Of a DNA stretch of 64,000 nucleotides, positions 1-11,376 are shown one piece after another; position 1 is the first letter of the stretch, and the number at the start of each line of letters is the position of its first letter. The notes beneath the pieces were generated by a model. It ran no database searches and was not told where the DNA came from. It saw only the letters and a program-made list of their open reading frames with translations. The translations under genes were made by a program, and so were the position numbers. The stretch covers positions 8,148-72,147 of the forward strand of contig CAUZCL010000019.1 in NCBI GenBank assembly GCA_963578475.1. The letters run 5' to 3'. The DNA comes from Acidobacteria bacterium bin61 (GTDB lineage: Bacteria > Acidobacteriota > Vicinamibacteria > Marinacidobacterales > SMYC01).

Positions 1-2
1 TC

Positions 3-401
3 GACGGCGCGGTCAGCCCGAGCTTTTACGGCATCCCGGGGAACGAGTGGCGCGGGTTCAAAATCGCGGGCGGGACGCCGAACGCGCCGACCTTCGACCC
101 GACGAATGGCGACCGCAGCGCCACGCCGGATCTCGTCGCCGCGGCGCGTCGCTACATGGAGATGCGCTTCCCGGCGCTAAAAGGCGCGCCACTCATCGGC
201 TCCAAAGTGTGCCAATACGAGAGCTCGCTCGATGACGATTTCATCGTCGACCAGCATCCGAAAGCGGACCATGTTTGGATCCTGGGCGGTGGCTCGGGCC
301 ACGGCTTCAAGCACGGCCCCGCCTTTGGCGAACGGGTTGCCTCCCAAATATTAGGCGAGCGCAACAAGGACGCGCTCTTCTCGTTGAGCCGATTCGCGTA
401 G
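3..401 (+). CDS. FAD-dependent oxidoreductase, sarcosine oxidase/MTOX-like (5' partial)
   Basis: Frame is open from the window edge: FYGIPGNEWRGFKIA...DDDFIVDQHP...GGGSGHGFKHGPAFG, the C-terminal motif of the DAO/SolA family. Confidence 0.8.
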   Translation, partial: DGAVSPSFYGIPGNEWRGFKIAGGTPNAPTFDPTNGDRSATPDLVAAARRYMEMRFPALKGAPLIGSKVCQYESSLDDDFIVDQHPKADHVWILGGGSGHGFKHGPAFGERVASQILGERNKDALFSLSRFA

Positions 402-551
402 CGTCGGCGCCGCATCAATTGCGCCCGCTGCTGTAGAATCACTACGAATGCGGTTCGCGATCCTCACTCCGCTCGCCGTCGCCCTGGACCGCTACGCCCG
501 TCGAAACTGGGGTCATCATCTTCGAGAGCCCCGCGGAAGCTTGGTGGACCG

Positions 552-2126
552 GTGAGCGTTCATCCGGGTGCGGGAAAGCCGGCGGACGCGTCGCAGCTCG
601 TCGATGTAGACGCGCTCGTCTCCGCTTATTACGACGCACCTCCGAGTGAGCCTGTTGCGTTCGGCACGTCCGGCCACCGAGGCTCCTCCCTCAAAGGAAG
701 CTTCAACGAAGCGCATATTCTCGCGACCACCCAAGCGATCTGCGAGTTCCGCTCAGCCCAAGGCATCAACGGACCTCTTTTTCTAGGCGTCGATACCCAC
801 GCGCTCACCGAGCCCGCCCGCGTGAGCGCCCTCGAAGTGCTCGCCGCGAACGATGTGGATGTGCGGGTCGATTGCGACGGTGGCTTCACACCGACGCCCG
901 TCATCTCGCACGCCATTCTGGCGGCCGACGGGGCCGACGGTATCGTCATCACGCCGTCGCACAACCCGCCGGAAGATGGCGGCTTCAAATACAACCCGCC
1001 GCATGGCGGTCCTGCTGACACCGACGTGACGGGATGGGTGGAAAAGCGCGCGAACGAGCTGTTGAACGATGAGATTCGACGGAAGGATATCAGCGCACAG
1101 GCCTACGACTACGTTGATGCCTATGTGAGCGAGCTCGGGGCCGTTATCGACATGGACGCGATCCGCGGTGCCGGTATCCGCATCGGTGTCGATCCTCTCG
1201 GCGGTGCGGGTGTTGGCTACTGGGCACCGATCGCGGAGAAGTACAAGCTAGACATCGAAGTCGTGAACGATGCCGTCGACCCCACTTTCGGTTTCATGAC
1301 TCTCGATCGTGACGGCAAGATTCGCATGGACTGCTCGTCGCCTTATGCCATGGCGAATCTCATCGAGCTGCGCGATCGGTTCGACGTCGCCTTCGCGAAC
1401 GACACCGACACCGACCGTCACGGCATCGTGACGCCGAGCGTCGGGCTCATGAACCCGAATCACTTTCTCGCCGTGAGCATCGACTATTTGTTCGGCCGTC
1501 GCGACTGGAAGGACGAGACGGCCATCGGCAAGACGCTCGTCTCGAGCGCCATCATCGATCGGGTGGCATCGCGGCTCGGCCGTCAGCTCGTCGAAGTGCC
1601 CGTGGGGTTCAAATGGTTCGTGAGCGGTCTTCTCGATGGCTCGCTCGGCTTCGGAGGCGAGGAGAGCGCGGGGGCGTCGTTCCTGAGACATGACGGCGGC
1701 GTATGGACGACGGATAAGGACGGCATCATCATGGGGCTTCTCGCTGCCGAGATGATGGCACGGACGGAGAAGGACCCGGGCGAGCGCTATCGTGCTTTGA
1801 CGGCGGAGTTCGGCGAGCCCGTGTACGAGCGCATCGACGCCCCGGCGACGCGTGAGCAAAAGTCCAAGCTCAAACGCTTCTCGCCGAAGCAAGTGGACGC
1901 GAAGGAGCTTGCGGGTGATCCGATCATCCAGATGCTGAGCGAAGCGCCAGGAAATGGCGCGCCGGTCGGCGGGCTCAAAGTCTCGACGGCGTATGGTTGG
2001 TTCGCCGCGCGGCCTTCAGGGACCGAGGACGTGTATAAGCTTTATGCTGAGAGCTTCCGTGACGAGGATCATCTGCACCGCATCCAGAGAGAGGCGCAGC
2101 AGTTGGTCTCTTCCGTGATCGCGTAA
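552..2126 (+). CDS. pgm: Phosphoglucomutase (alpha-D-glucose-1,6-bisphosphate dependent)
   Basis: [16 protein letters not shown] phosphoserine loop, DTDTDRHG metal loop, [17 protein letters not shown]. Confidence 0.96.
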   Translation: MSVHPGAGKPADASQLVDVDALVSAYYDAPPSEPVAFGTSGHRGSSLKGSFNEAHILATTQAICEFRSAQGINGPLFLGVDTHALTEPARVSALEVLAANDVDVRVDCDGGFTPTPVISHAILAADGADGIVITPSHNPPEDGGFKYNPPHGGPADTDVTGWVEKRANELLNDEIRRKDISAQAYDYVDAYVSELGAVIDMDAIRGAGIRIGVDPLGGAGVGYWAPIAEKYKLDIEVVNDAVDPTFGFMTLDRDGKIRMDCSSPYAMANLIELRDRFDVAFANDTDTDRHGIVTPSVGLMNPNHFLAVSIDYLFGRRDWKDETAIGKTLVSSAIIDRVASRLGRQLVEVPVGFKWFVSGLLDGSLGFGGEESAGASFLRHDGGVWTTDKDGIIMGLLAAEMMARTEKDPGERYRALTAEFGEPVYERIDAPATREQKSKLKRFSPKQVDAKELAGDPIIQMLSEAPGNGAPVGGLKVSTAYGWFAARPSGTEDVYKLYAESFRDEDHLHRIQREAQQLVSSVIA

Positions 2127-2149
2127 GCGCCCGAGAGCGAGGTATCGAA

Positions 2150-2515
2150 ATGCGGTGGTTGGCCATGCTTCTTCTCGCGGCGTTCCAGACGCCGCAATAT
2201 GAACAAACGACCGTGAGCCGCGAGAGACTCGCGCGCTCGCCGAGGCACATGGAATATATCGACGTGCCGGCGGGTGAAGACGATTCCGTAACGTCTTTCG
2301 TCGTCCATCCGGAGCAGAGCGACGCTACGGATTCTGTCGTCGTTATTCATACGGGGCTCGAGATGAGCTCGATCGCAGGCCTTGCCAACTACGATGTGTC
2401 GAGCGAAGGGCGTTTCCTCATGGTGGAGCCCGACGAAAATGAAGGCCCGGCACAGCTATACGTCGTGCTGAACTGGTTCGACGAGCTCGAGCGACGCGTC
2501 CCGAGCGACCCATGA
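2150..2515 (+). pseudogene. Chimeric ORF: dienelactone-hydrolase-like N-terminus fused to a Ser/Thr kinase-PD40 C-terminal tail
   Basis: Signal peptide and SPRHMEYIDV...FVVHPE...VVVIH stop before the hydrolase core; the ORF then reads YDVSSEGRFLMV...LYVVLNWFDELERRVP. Confidence 0.65.
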
Positions 2516-3582
2516 GCATCTATCGGCTCGAGCCCAGGGTGCAATACTACGCTTGGGGTAGCACGGAGTTCATCCCAGAGCTACTGGGTGTCGACAACGC
2601 TGACGGGCAACCCTACGCGGAGCTATGGCTCGGGGCGCATCCGGACTTGCCGTCAAGAGTTCTCATCGAAGACGAGAAGCGCCCGCTCGGCGAGATGATC
2701 TCGGGCGAGCTTCCTTATCTCATGAAGATCCTTTCGGCGGCCAAGCCGCTCTCGATACAAACGCATCCGAGCGAATCCCGGGCTCGCGAGGGATTCGCGA
2801 GGGAGAATGCGGTCGGGATTCCAATCGACGCGCGCCATCGCAGCTATCGCGACCCTCATCACAAACCCGAGCTTCTCTGCGCCCTCACCGATTTCTACGC
2901 GCTCCGGGGCTTTCGGTCCGACCCGACGCCGTTCGGTGACGAGCCCCTGAAAACGCTCTACGCGAAGCTGATGACGATGTCTCGAGACGAGGTCGATGCG
3001 GAGCTCGCGCCGATCGTGGAGAGCCTGCGCGACGGTCACTACGGGAAGGAGGATCGAGAATATTGGGTCCTCCGCTGTCACGAAGAATATTCCGAAAAAG
3101 GCCACTACGATCGTGGTCTCCTTTCGATTTATCTCTTGAATTTGATTCACCTCGAGCCGGGCGAAGCCATTTATCTCGATGCAGGCACGCTCCACGCTTA
3201 TCTGGAAGGATCGGGCGTCGAGATCATGGCCAATTCGAACAACGTGTTGCGCGGCGGACTGACGAAAAAACACGTCGACATCCCCGAGCTTTTGAACAAT
3301 GTCGTCTTTCGCGGAGAGGCGACGCAGATCCTGAGGGCGTCAAAGATTGGCCCGAGCGAGTGGGCCTATCGTGCTCCGGCGAAGGAGTTCGAGCTTCGCC
3401 GCATCGAAGGCGGTCACGTCGATACCGGCGACCATGGACCCGAGATCCTATTCGTCACCGAAGGCGAAGGGACTGTCGAGGAGCATCTTGTTTCGAGAGG
3501 CCAAGCGCTCTTCGTGCCGGAAGGAGAGACCTATCATGTGCGAGGTTCGCTAATGCTCTACAAAGCAACGGTGCCGCGATGA
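2512..3582 (+). CDS. manA: Mannose-6-phosphate isomerase, class I
   Basis: YAWGS, AELWLGAHP, LSIQTHP, DPHHKPEL, LHAYLEG, EIMANSNNVLRGGLTKKH. Confidence 0.95.
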   Translation: MSIYRLEPRVQYYAWGSTEFIPELLGVDNADGQPYAELWLGAHPDLPSRVLIEDEKRPLGEMISGELPYLMKILSAAKPLSIQTHPSESRAREGFARENAVGIPIDARHRSYRDPHHKPELLCALTDFYALRGFRSDPTPFGDEPLKTLYAKLMTMSRDEVDAELAPIVESLRDGHYGKEDREYWVLRCHEEYSEKGHYDRGLLSIYLLNLIHLEPGEAIYLDAGTLHAYLEGSGVEIMANSNNVLRGGLTKKHVDIPELLNNVVFRGEATQILRASKIGPSEWAYRAPAKEFELRRIEGGHVDTGDHGPEILFVTEGEGTVEEHLVSRGQALFVPEGETYHVRGSLMLYKATVPR

Positions 3583-5087
3583 TGATGTTTCGGGACCGCA
3601 CCCCCGCGGTGCTCGCCTTTGGCACGAGCGGTCTGAGAGGTCTCGTCACCGATATCACGGACCTCGAAGCCTACATCAATACGCGAGGCTTTCTCGATTA
3701 TGTGGGCGCGCGTGACGGCAAAGTTTCCGTGGCGGGGGACCTTCGGCCGAGCACGGACCGCATCCTATGCGCTGTCGCGACGGCGATCGAAGACGCGGGA
3801 TGCGTCGTGGAATATCTCGGCAAGATCCCGACCCCGGCATTGGCTCTTCATGGCATCGGCCACCGAAGACCGCACGTCATGGTCACAGGAAGCCACATCC
3901 CTTTCGACCGCAACGGGATCAAGTTCGGAAAGCCTGCAGGAGAAGTTCTCAAAGATGACGAAGGCGGGATTTTGGATGCGGTCGCGAAAATACGAGAGGC
4001 GGAATATGGGCGAAGTGCTGCCGTCTCTCGCTTTACCGACGAGGGCATGCTGAAAGAGCCCGTGGCGCTACCCGCCGTGAACGATCGAGGTGCCGCTGGA
4101 TATATAGAGCGCTATGTGAATTTTTTTCCGGCGAATGGACTTTCGGGAAAGCGTGTCGTCGTGTTCGAGCACTCCGCTGTAGGTCGAGCGCTGCTCGTAG
4201 AGATACTCACCCGGCTAGGCGCCGCGGTCGTGCCGATGCGCCGCAGTGATGCATTCATCCCCATCGACACGGAAGACATCACCGCCGAGCGCCTCGCCGA
4301 GCTACAAGAGATGGCGGATGCCGAGCGCGGCGTCGATGCCATCGTCTCCACCGATGGCGATAGCGATCGGCCGCTCGTTGCGGGCATCGACCCCGAAGGA
4401 CGCGTGCGCTTTTTGTGCGGTGACCTTCTCGGTATCATCGTTGCGAAATATCTAGGCGCCGATACTTTTTGCGTGCCTGTAAGCATGAACGATGCTGTCG
4501 ACCTCGAGCTCGGAAACGTCACGAAAACCCGCATCGGCTCGCCTTACGTGGTGCAAGCCATAATAGAAGCTCATGGCCAGAACATCGTGGGATGGGAAGC
4601 CAATGGCGGATTCCTGACCGGCTCGGAGATAGAGAAGAATGGGCGCCATCTCAGTCCGCTCCCGACGCGCGACGCTGTTTTGCCAATCCTGTGCGCGCTC
4701 TATGCCTCGTCCGAGGCCAGCCGTTCGCTCGTCGAGCTTTTTTCGGAGCTTCCACCTCGCTACAGCAAGGCCGGTCTCCTAGACGATTTCGCCCGAGACA
4801 AGAGTCTTGAGATCATCCGCCGCTTTGAGCCGGGCGACTTCTCCGCTATCCGAAAAGAGCTCAAGAGCTACTTTACGCGGGAGCTCGGCTTCGACGATAT
4901 CGTGAACATCGACACCACCGACGGCCTCAGGCTCTACTTTGCCAACGGCGACGTCGCGCATATCCGGCCTTCGGGAAACGCGCCGCAGCTGCGTATTTAC
5001 GCGGTTGCCAATACAGAAGCTCGGGCGGAGGCAATCGTCAGGCACGCGCTGTCGGAGCCAAACGGGATTTTGCGACGGCTTTCGTGA
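3579..5087 (+). CDS. Phosphomannomutase/phosphoglucomutase family protein
   Basis: FGTSGLRG, VTGSHIP, STDGDSDRP, GWEANGG, RPSGNAPQLRIY. True start is the ATG at 3579, overlapping the manA stop (ATGA). Confidence 0.92.
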   Translation: MMMFRDRTPAVLAFGTSGLRGLVTDITDLEAYINTRGFLDYVGARDGKVSVAGDLRPSTDRILCAVATAIEDAGCVVEYLGKIPTPALALHGIGHRRPHVMVTGSHIPFDRNGIKFGKPAGEVLKDDEGGILDAVAKIREAEYGRSAAVSRFTDEGMLKEPVALPAVNDRGAAGYIERYVNFFPANGLSGKRVVVFEHSAVGRALLVEILTRLGAAVVPMRRSDAFIPIDTEDITAERLAELQEMADAERGVDAIVSTDGDSDRPLVAGIDPEGRVRFLCGDLLGIIVAKYLGADTFCVPVSMNDAVDLELGNVTKTRIGSPYVVQAIIEAHGQNIVGWEANGGFLTGSEIEKNGRHLSPLPTRDAVLPILCALYASSEASRSLVELFSELPPRYSKAGLLDDFARDKSLEIIRRFEPGDFSAIRKELKSYFTRELGFDDIVNIDTTDGLRLYFANGDVAHIRPSGNAPQLRIYAVANTEARAEAIVRHALSEPNGILRRLS

Positions 5088-5100
5088 CCCTTTACAGGAA

Positions 5101-5800
5101 TTACAGAGGCTCGAACGTCGCGACCACCCAGGTGTAGTAAACGCTTGCCGTCGCCTCGAAACCTGAATCGGTTCCGACAAAAAGCCAAGTGCTGCTGCGC
5201 GAATCGGTCGTGACCCTTACCGACTTGAGTCCGCTCGATAGCTGCTTCAACTTCCACAGAGGCGTTGCGCCGCAGGGAATGGAGATCGTGACATCGCCGA
5301 GAAAGACCGCGTTCACGCCGCCTCACGTTTGGTTGCCTTTGTCGACGTTCATATGCCAATCGGCGCCGACGACCACGGCTTCTGGCTCGATCTCCGACGC
5401 GCCAGCTTACAGCGTGACGGCTTCGCCAGGTGCGCCGCCCACACCGAAGCATCCGTTGGGAACGTTCGTGGCGATCTCGACATCGAACCGCACACTGTAA
5501 CGCCGATTGCCATCCAACCCAGCGACCTGTCCTTTGTAATACATCCACAAGTCGTCGCTATGGTTGTTGCCGGTGATGTAAAGCGCGTTTTGCCCGACAT
5601 TTAGTGGATGCCTGAGCGGCCGGTAGGTCCGCGTCGAGCTCGAAGAAAGCGTCCTGGCCGACCGGATAGTCGGCGAACCCGGTAACCCAGCCTGCTGTCC
5701 CGGTAGCGAAATCGATCCGGATCGTTTGGGGATCGTCGGTGGTGCATGCGCTAGACAGCGCGAGGATGAGGAAGCCGATTTGTCGGAGCGGGCCAGGCAA
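5101..5800 (-). pseudogene. Lipoprotein of unknown function, disrupted
   Basis: Lipobox LSSAC. Reads GFADYP...GNNHSDDLWMY...GCFGVGGAPGE...GTDSGFEAT continuously only after one frameshift (~5627) and read-through of TAA (5407-5409) and TGA (5323-5325). Confidence 0.75.
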
Positions 5801-5811
5801 AGTGATGATGG

Positions 5812-7041
5812 CTACTGTTCGCGATCGTAGGGATGGCGAAGATAGCCGGCCGCGGTTCCGTGCGTGCCGTCGTAATCCGGAAGCTCTTGGACGCGGCGAT
5901 AATGGGCAGCGGCCTCCTCGCGGCGCCCCATGGTGTCGAGAATCTCGCCCGCGCGCAGATGTGAGAGGGCCCGCTCACGGTCGGGGGTCCCGGGATCTTC
6001 CGCAGCGCCCTGAAACTGGTTGAGCGCCTCATCTTGGCTTCCGAGCGCGAGCAGTCGTTGTGCGAGAGGGTAGCGAATCTTGTCGAGCGGGAGATTTTGA
6101 TAGTTCGGAATCTTGTCGATGGCGCGCCGCGCGACCGCCGCGTAGGTTTTCGCCGCATCGACGCGCCTTCCCATCCGCTCCAATATCTGGGCTTTGTTGA
6201 TATGCAGCAAGTAGTTTTCTGGATATTTGCCGTGCAGCTGCCCCGCCATCTCCAGGGCGTAGGCGTTCTCGTCTTCCCTCACATACATCACCATCAGCAG
6301 TAGCCGGGCATCATCTTTGATAAAATGGCCCTTCGTTGCGGCGCGGGTGAGATACTCGAAGCCCCGAGCTTCACTGCCGTGATAGCCCGCAAGGGTCGCG
6401 ATCCATTTGATGTACCAGGGAAGATTGCCGACGACATATTCATAGCTCCCGACTGTCATGTAGGCGTCATTGAAGTCGGGATTCTCGTCCACGATCTCGC
6501 GCTGGATACGATAGGACTTCTTGCCGTGCTTGAGCGCCTTGCGAAAGCTCCTTTCGATGGTGAAAGCGAAAACGCCGAGCGCGCTCTGGCATGCGCCGAG
6601 GTAGTAGCGCGCGTCGATGTCTCCCGGATGTTGCTCCAGGTAGCGCGTCGCCTTCTCCTGGCTACGCTGGATGCCGTCAAAAAAAGCTTCTTTGTCCGCC
6701 TCGGTCATGTCCTCGTCGGCCGGCCGGTTGAAATATCCCGGGGAGATGAAGCGATCGAGGTCGAGATCGTCGCGGGCGACGAGCTCACGAAACCAGATGG
6801 CGATCGATCGGGCCAGCGGTGGCCCCGGATGATGGGGATATTCCTTTTCGAGCTCGGTGAAGAATGCGACGCTCTTGTCGTGCTCGAGGCTGTAGAGGTG
6901 GGTGTTCCCCTTGAGGCTCGCAGCCTTGTATTCGGCACTCCTCAGCCTTTCGGCGCTCGCCGCCGAAGCTAGAGACATCGCCAAAAAGACTCCCAGCAGA
7001 CTGACGCCAAACCCGAATCGCATCCGGTAAACGGTCTCCAA
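5812..7041 (-). CDS. Secreted tetratricopeptide repeat protein
   Basis: N-terminal signal peptide; TPR-like helices (ARYYLG, DAYMTVG, HLRAGEILDTMGRREEAAAHYRRV). Confidence 0.8.
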   Translation of the reverse strand: METVYRMRFGFGVSLLGVFLAMSLASAASAERLRSAEYKAASLKGNTHLYSLEHDKSVAFFTELEKEYPHHPGPPLARSIAIWFRELVARDDLDLDRFISPGYFNRPADEDMTEADKEAFFDGIQRSQEKATRYLEQHPGDIDARYYLGACQSALGVFAFTIERSFRKALKHGKKSYRIQREIVDENPDFNDAYMTVGSYEYVVGNLPWYIKWIATLAGYHGSEARGFEYLTRAATKGHFIKDDARLLLMVMYVREDENAYALEMAGQLHGKYPENYLLHINKAQILERMGRRVDAAKTYAAVARRAIDKIPNYQNLPLDKIRYPLAQRLLALGSQDEALNQFQGAAEDPGTPDRERALSHLRAGEILDTMGRREEAAAHYRRVQELPDYDGTHGTAAGYLRHPYDREQ

Positions 7042-7169
7042 ATTCGTAGGCGCGATAATACAATACTAGCATGAAAGAGGGAACACCGGCATCATGAAAT
7101 CCGCGTGAACGTCGTGACCGGAGGCACAAGATCAATACTAAGAAAAGCGTAACCAAAGACGATTCTCCG

Positions 7170-7252
7170 TTCTTATCCCCACATCCCCATTGCCTTTAAC
7201 AGCTTCAAAAGACAAGGAGAGGTGGGGAGAGGAGGAGAGGTGGGGATAAGAA
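7170..7252. repeat. Intergenic inverted-repeat element (TATCCCCAC family), copy 1
   Basis: TTCTTATCCCCACATC (7170-7185) and GAGGTGGGGATAAGAA (7237-7252) are 15/16 complementary, with internal GGAGAGGTGGGGA tandem units. Confidence 0.65.
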
Positions 7253-7344
7253 TGTGGAGGATCTAGCCTCCTGTCACCAGTCGAATTCGTTTCAGCGATT
7301 CTGGGCTGAGTAGAAGGTATAATCAGCGTCGTTTTGGAACCTAT

Positions 7345-7900
7345 ATGAAGGCGCAACGGCTTCCCGAACTGATGTCTTCTCCCGTGATCCGCGTCCAGGA
7401 CCTGTTCTTCGGCTACGGCGAAGGGAATTTCGAGCTAAGAATTGGGAAGCTCGAAGTCGGCCGGGCATCCTCGGCGGCGTTTATCGGTCCGAGCGGATCG
7501 GGTAAGACGACGCTTCTACATCTCATCGCGGGGATCACGTTGCCGCAGTCTGGCAAGATCGAAACGAACGGAGTCGAGCTCACCGCTCTTTCCGAGAATG
7601 CGCGCCGCGCTTTCCGCATCAAGAATATCGGTCTCGTCTTTCAGGAGTTCGAGCTTCTAGAATATTTGACGGTGCTCGATAACATGCTCTTGCCCTACCG
7701 CATCAACGCCGCGCTCGAGCTCACGGAGGCGGTGCGCGAGAGGGCGGCCAACGTGGCGGTGGAGGTGGGAATCGGAGACAAGCTATCGCGCTATCCGAGC
7801 CAGCTATCGCAAGGCGAGCGGCAACGTGTGGCGGTGTGCCGTGCGGTCGTGACCGAGCCTGCCGTGCTCATGGCGGATGAGCCAACGGGCAATCTCGACT
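7345..7900 (+). pseudogene. ABC transporter ATP-binding protein (LolD-like), C-terminally truncated
   Basis: GPSGSGKTT, LSQGERQR, ADEPTGNLD; the switch His region is missing and the frame runs on into PrkA sequence. Confidence 0.8.
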
Positions 7901-9912
7901 CGGTAGAGGACGCCGCTCCCGTGGGAATGTTCGTCGTCTTCGGCCAGCAAAAGGCGAAAGCGAACCTCGTCGAGAAGATCGACAACGCCTCGCGCGGTCT
8001 CGAGGCGTCGAAACGCCTCTGGATTCTTCTCGGCCCCCCAGGCGTTGCGAAGTCTCGTTTGATGGACGGCATCAAGACGGCGCTCAATGTTTATTCACGA
8101 CCGGACGAAGGAAAGACATATACGTTGCTCCTTCCGACGGTGGACTAGCGTCTCAGAGAAAAAGCGATTTTCGAAGAAAACGATATCTACTATTTGCAGG
8201 CGCCGATCTTCGAACGTCCGCTTCAGGTGGTTCCCCAGAGCCTCCGGGTCGCCTTCATGGGCAAGCTGAACGGGCTCGTCGAGGGCGACAAGCTGCGCGA
8301 GTTCTTCGAGAAACAGCCGCATTACGACGGCACGTTTCGCATCAACGTGGACGGCCTCGTTTCACCTTTCGCCGATCAAGTACTGAACGATTTCATGAGG
8401 GCGAAACGTCTCGACTTCGCCGCCACCTTACCGTTCGTCAAAGTGAAGCGGATGATTTACGACGCGCGCACCAAGACTGGTATTGGCTCCTACACGCCGC
8501 GCGACGAGAAGAGCCAGGAGGCCGGCTCACTCGTAGGTAATATCGATTACAGCCTCTTGCCGCGCTTCGGTAGCGAATCGCACCCGCTCGTCCACGACTA
8601 CAAGGCTGAGCTCTGCGCGGGCGCCAACGGGTTCGTCGAGATCCACGAAATCTTGAAGCTGACGGACCGTTTTCTGTACGAGCTTCTCTTTGCGACCCAG
8701 GACCGCTTCTTCAAGCCCGAAGGACAGCCGCCCGTGCCCTTCAACGGCGTCATCATCGGCCATACGAACTTCCACGAATACAACATGTTCATGGCCAATG
8801 AGACTTTCGAAGCGCTCCGTTCTCGGACAACGTTCATTGAGATGCCGCTCTCCGTGAACTTCAAGGACGAAGAGAAAATCTACGCTTTCACTTATGCCAA
8901 CGAGCAGAGAGGTTGGTCTTCAGACAAAAAGCATCTCGCTCATGTCGCGCCGCACAGCCTCGAGTTCTTGAGTCTCGTTGCGGCCATGACGCGGCTCTAC
9001 GAGTCGAAGCAGAACCCGAACCTCACGGTGCTTCAAAAAGCGCTCATCTATGCCGGCCGAGCCGATAGCGGCGTCGATAACAACATGGCGCGTACGATCC
9101 TGGAGGAGTTCGAGTTCGTGAAGCCGTCCGAAGGAACGTTCGGCCTCGATCCGCGTTTCATCCAGAACGTAGTCGAGAATACCGAACACTTTCAAATCAA
9201 CGAATACGCGGCGAATATCAGCCGGCTCCAAGAATCCACTGGCGAGCCCGCGATGATCACTTCGATCGCTCTGTAGAACCCCTGTGTGAGTCCGATGGAT
9301 CTTTACCTGCGCACGGAGAACTCGCTGAAGGCGCTTTTTGCCACCAACAAAGCGAAGCTCGGCCACTTCGTCGAGAAGATTCTGCCGCAGGCGTAGCAAT
9401 GGATCCTGAGCCAGGTCGCGACCGACGTCTATGGCTCGGTGCTGCGGGACGAATCGGTCGTCGAGACCACATGGAAGAAGTACACCGATCACGTCCGCGC
9501 CTATGTCCATAACACGAAGGTCAAACACGAAGTGACCCATGCAGACGTGCAGCCGGACGAGAAGTTCATGCAGTCGATCGAGCAATATCTCGGCATCGCG
9601 GAGAAGGATGTCTTCCGGAAGGAGCTCTCGGACGCCATCGCGAGTGTGAGCTACGCGGTGCTTCTCGCGGACGAGCCGTCCTATGAAAGTGCTATCCGCC
9701 GCTACGTGTTCGAGAACGAGTTCAAATCGAGCGAGAACATCAAGCTCCTCGGCTGGATGAAGAGCGGCTTTAGCGCCGCCGGTGTGCACTCGAAGGAGCA
9801 GGAGCAGCTGAATGAAACGGTCAAATACTTGATGGAGAACCTGGGCTCTTGAGGCAAGTGTGCGTTTCAGGCGCTCACGATCACCGCGAGCTCGACCAGC
9901 ATCGTCGACTAG
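7901..9912 (+). pseudogene. prkA: PrkA/YeaG-family AAA serine protein kinase, 5' truncated with in-frame stops
   Basis: LLGPPGVAKS, LVGNIDYS, GANGFVEIHEILK, IIGHTN, FGLDPRF, PDEKFMQSIE all lie in one frame. TAG at 8146, 9274 and 9394; TGA at 9850. Confidence 0.82.
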
Positions 9913-10045
9913 AACACTGGCAGGCTGACAAGGGATTGCGTCTGCAGCCTGCGCGAGCGGAGCGAGCCCGGCCCGAATGGGCCGACGAAACGCCGGGCGA
10001 GCGATCGAAGAGAGAGCGAGCACTAAGCAGAAGAAAGAAGGCATC

Positions 10046-10345
10046 ATGTCCGACGTCAAGATCTCCTCTGACGGGTCCGAGGGCATTTTCAACGAGTTCA
10101 TCCAGGAACAGCTCGATGAAATCGTGGACGACATCATTAACAGAGGAGATCTGGACCGCTTCGACGACCGCGGCAGTGACATCATCATCGAGATGGATGA
10201 CATCCAGCCGCCGACTTTCATCTATGGCGACAATGAGGGTGGCCGCGGCTCCGGCGGACAGGGGCCTGGTAACGAAAAAGGCAAGCTCCGCTTCCGCGTG
10301 CCGTTCCAAGCCTTCATGGAGCTTTTGGGCCAGAGGCTGCGGCTC
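10046..10345 (+). pseudogene. YeaH/YhbH (DUF444) family protein, N-terminal fragment
   Basis: IQPPTFIYGD...GGRGSGGQGPG motif directly after prkA, the canonical gene order; breaks off after ~100 codons. Confidence 0.65.
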
Positions 10346-10503
10346 ATGTCTTCTGCCAAAATCCTGTCTCTGACGACTCCGAGAACGACCTGCACCACGC
10401 GATGGTAATAGCGGCGGTGAAGCTCGCCAGAGCTATCCAAGCCTACGGAAAGTGTTCTTTCGACTAGCTTTATGTCTGCGTGTGCTTCAGCGAGCTCGGG
10501 CAT
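10345..10503 (-). pseudogene. ECF sigma factor N-terminal fragment
   Basis: DIKLVER...GELHRRYYHRVVQVVLGVVRDRILAED resembles sigma region 1.2/2.1 and ends at the yeaH junction. Confidence 0.5.
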
Positions 10504-10569
10504 GTTCGTATATGAGGCGGTCCTAGGGCCGCTAACGTTGCACGAAAAACGTGCGGCGCCGAAAAAGAC

Positions 10570-11349
10570 TCAACTATTGCTAGACGTCAATCGCGCCCAG
10601 AGCGCGTCACAGGCTTCGACCGCGCCGATCGGCAGCCGCACGTCGACTTCGCCCGACAGCTGTGTGACGTCCGGGTTGATTTCCACGGTGTGCTTGCCAT
10701 TGTGCTTGGCCTCGAGGACTGGGCGGGCGATGTAGGGAAAGGCGCTCGTCGTCCCAATCGAGAACACGACGTCGAAGCCCTTCTCGAGCTCCGCTTGCAT
10801 GAGCTCGACTTTGCGAAAGGGAAGAAGCTCTCCGAAGAGCACGACGTCGGGACGCAGATGCGCGCTGCATTCGGGGCAGGAGGGAAGCGGCGAGAGTCCG
10901 CTGTAATCCTCGACGGTGGCCCGATAATCGCACGCGGTACAGGAAAGGTTGTGGACGTCGCCGTGGATATCAATGACGTTTCGAGAACCGGCTTTCCGGT
11001 GGAAGCCGTCGACGTTCTGCGTCAGGACCCAGCTGCGTTCGTAGCGATGCTCCTCCTCGGCGAGCCTTTCGTGAGCTCGATTGAAGCTTTTGCCGCGACA
11101 CGCGGCTTCGATCTGATGAATGTGCTTCCAAGTCAGCGCGGGGTTCGTTTCCATCATCGCGCCGGAGAGCGCTTCTTCGATAGTGATGCCTTCTGGCGTA
11201 TCGGCGTCTTCGTAGAGACCGCCGATGCCGCGATAAGTAGGGAGGCCCGAATCGGCCGAGATCCCGGCCCCAGTAATGAAGAGAACGCTCTTGGCGTCCC
11301 TCAAATAAGAAACGACTTTATCGAGCTTGTACTCGAGGCTCGCCACCAT
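10570..11349 (-). CDS. cobB: NAD-dependent protein deacylase (sirtuin)
   Basis: TGAGISADSG, TQNVDGFH, IHGD, CTAC/CPEC zinc site, RPDVVLFGE, GTTS, EINP. Confidence 0.93.
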   Translation of the reverse strand: MVASLEYKLDKVVSYLRDAKSVLFITGAGISADSGLPTYRGIGGLYEDADTPEGITIEEALSGAMMETNPALTWKHIHQIEAACRGKSFNRAHERLAEEEHRYERSWVLTQNVDGFHRKAGSRNVIDIHGDVHNLSCTACDYRATVEDYSGLSPLPSCPECSAHLRPDVVLFGELLPFRKVELMQAELEKGFDVVFSIGTTSAFPYIARPVLEAKHNGKHTVEINPDVTQLSGEVDVRLPIGAVEACDALWARLTSSNS

Positions 11350-11376
11350 AGTCGGAATTATCCTACAATCCGTGAT

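Noticed and set aside
7345-8148. Novel ABC ATPase-AAA kinase fusion protein
   Set aside because: Both halves are incomplete; this is a deletion or assembly junction.
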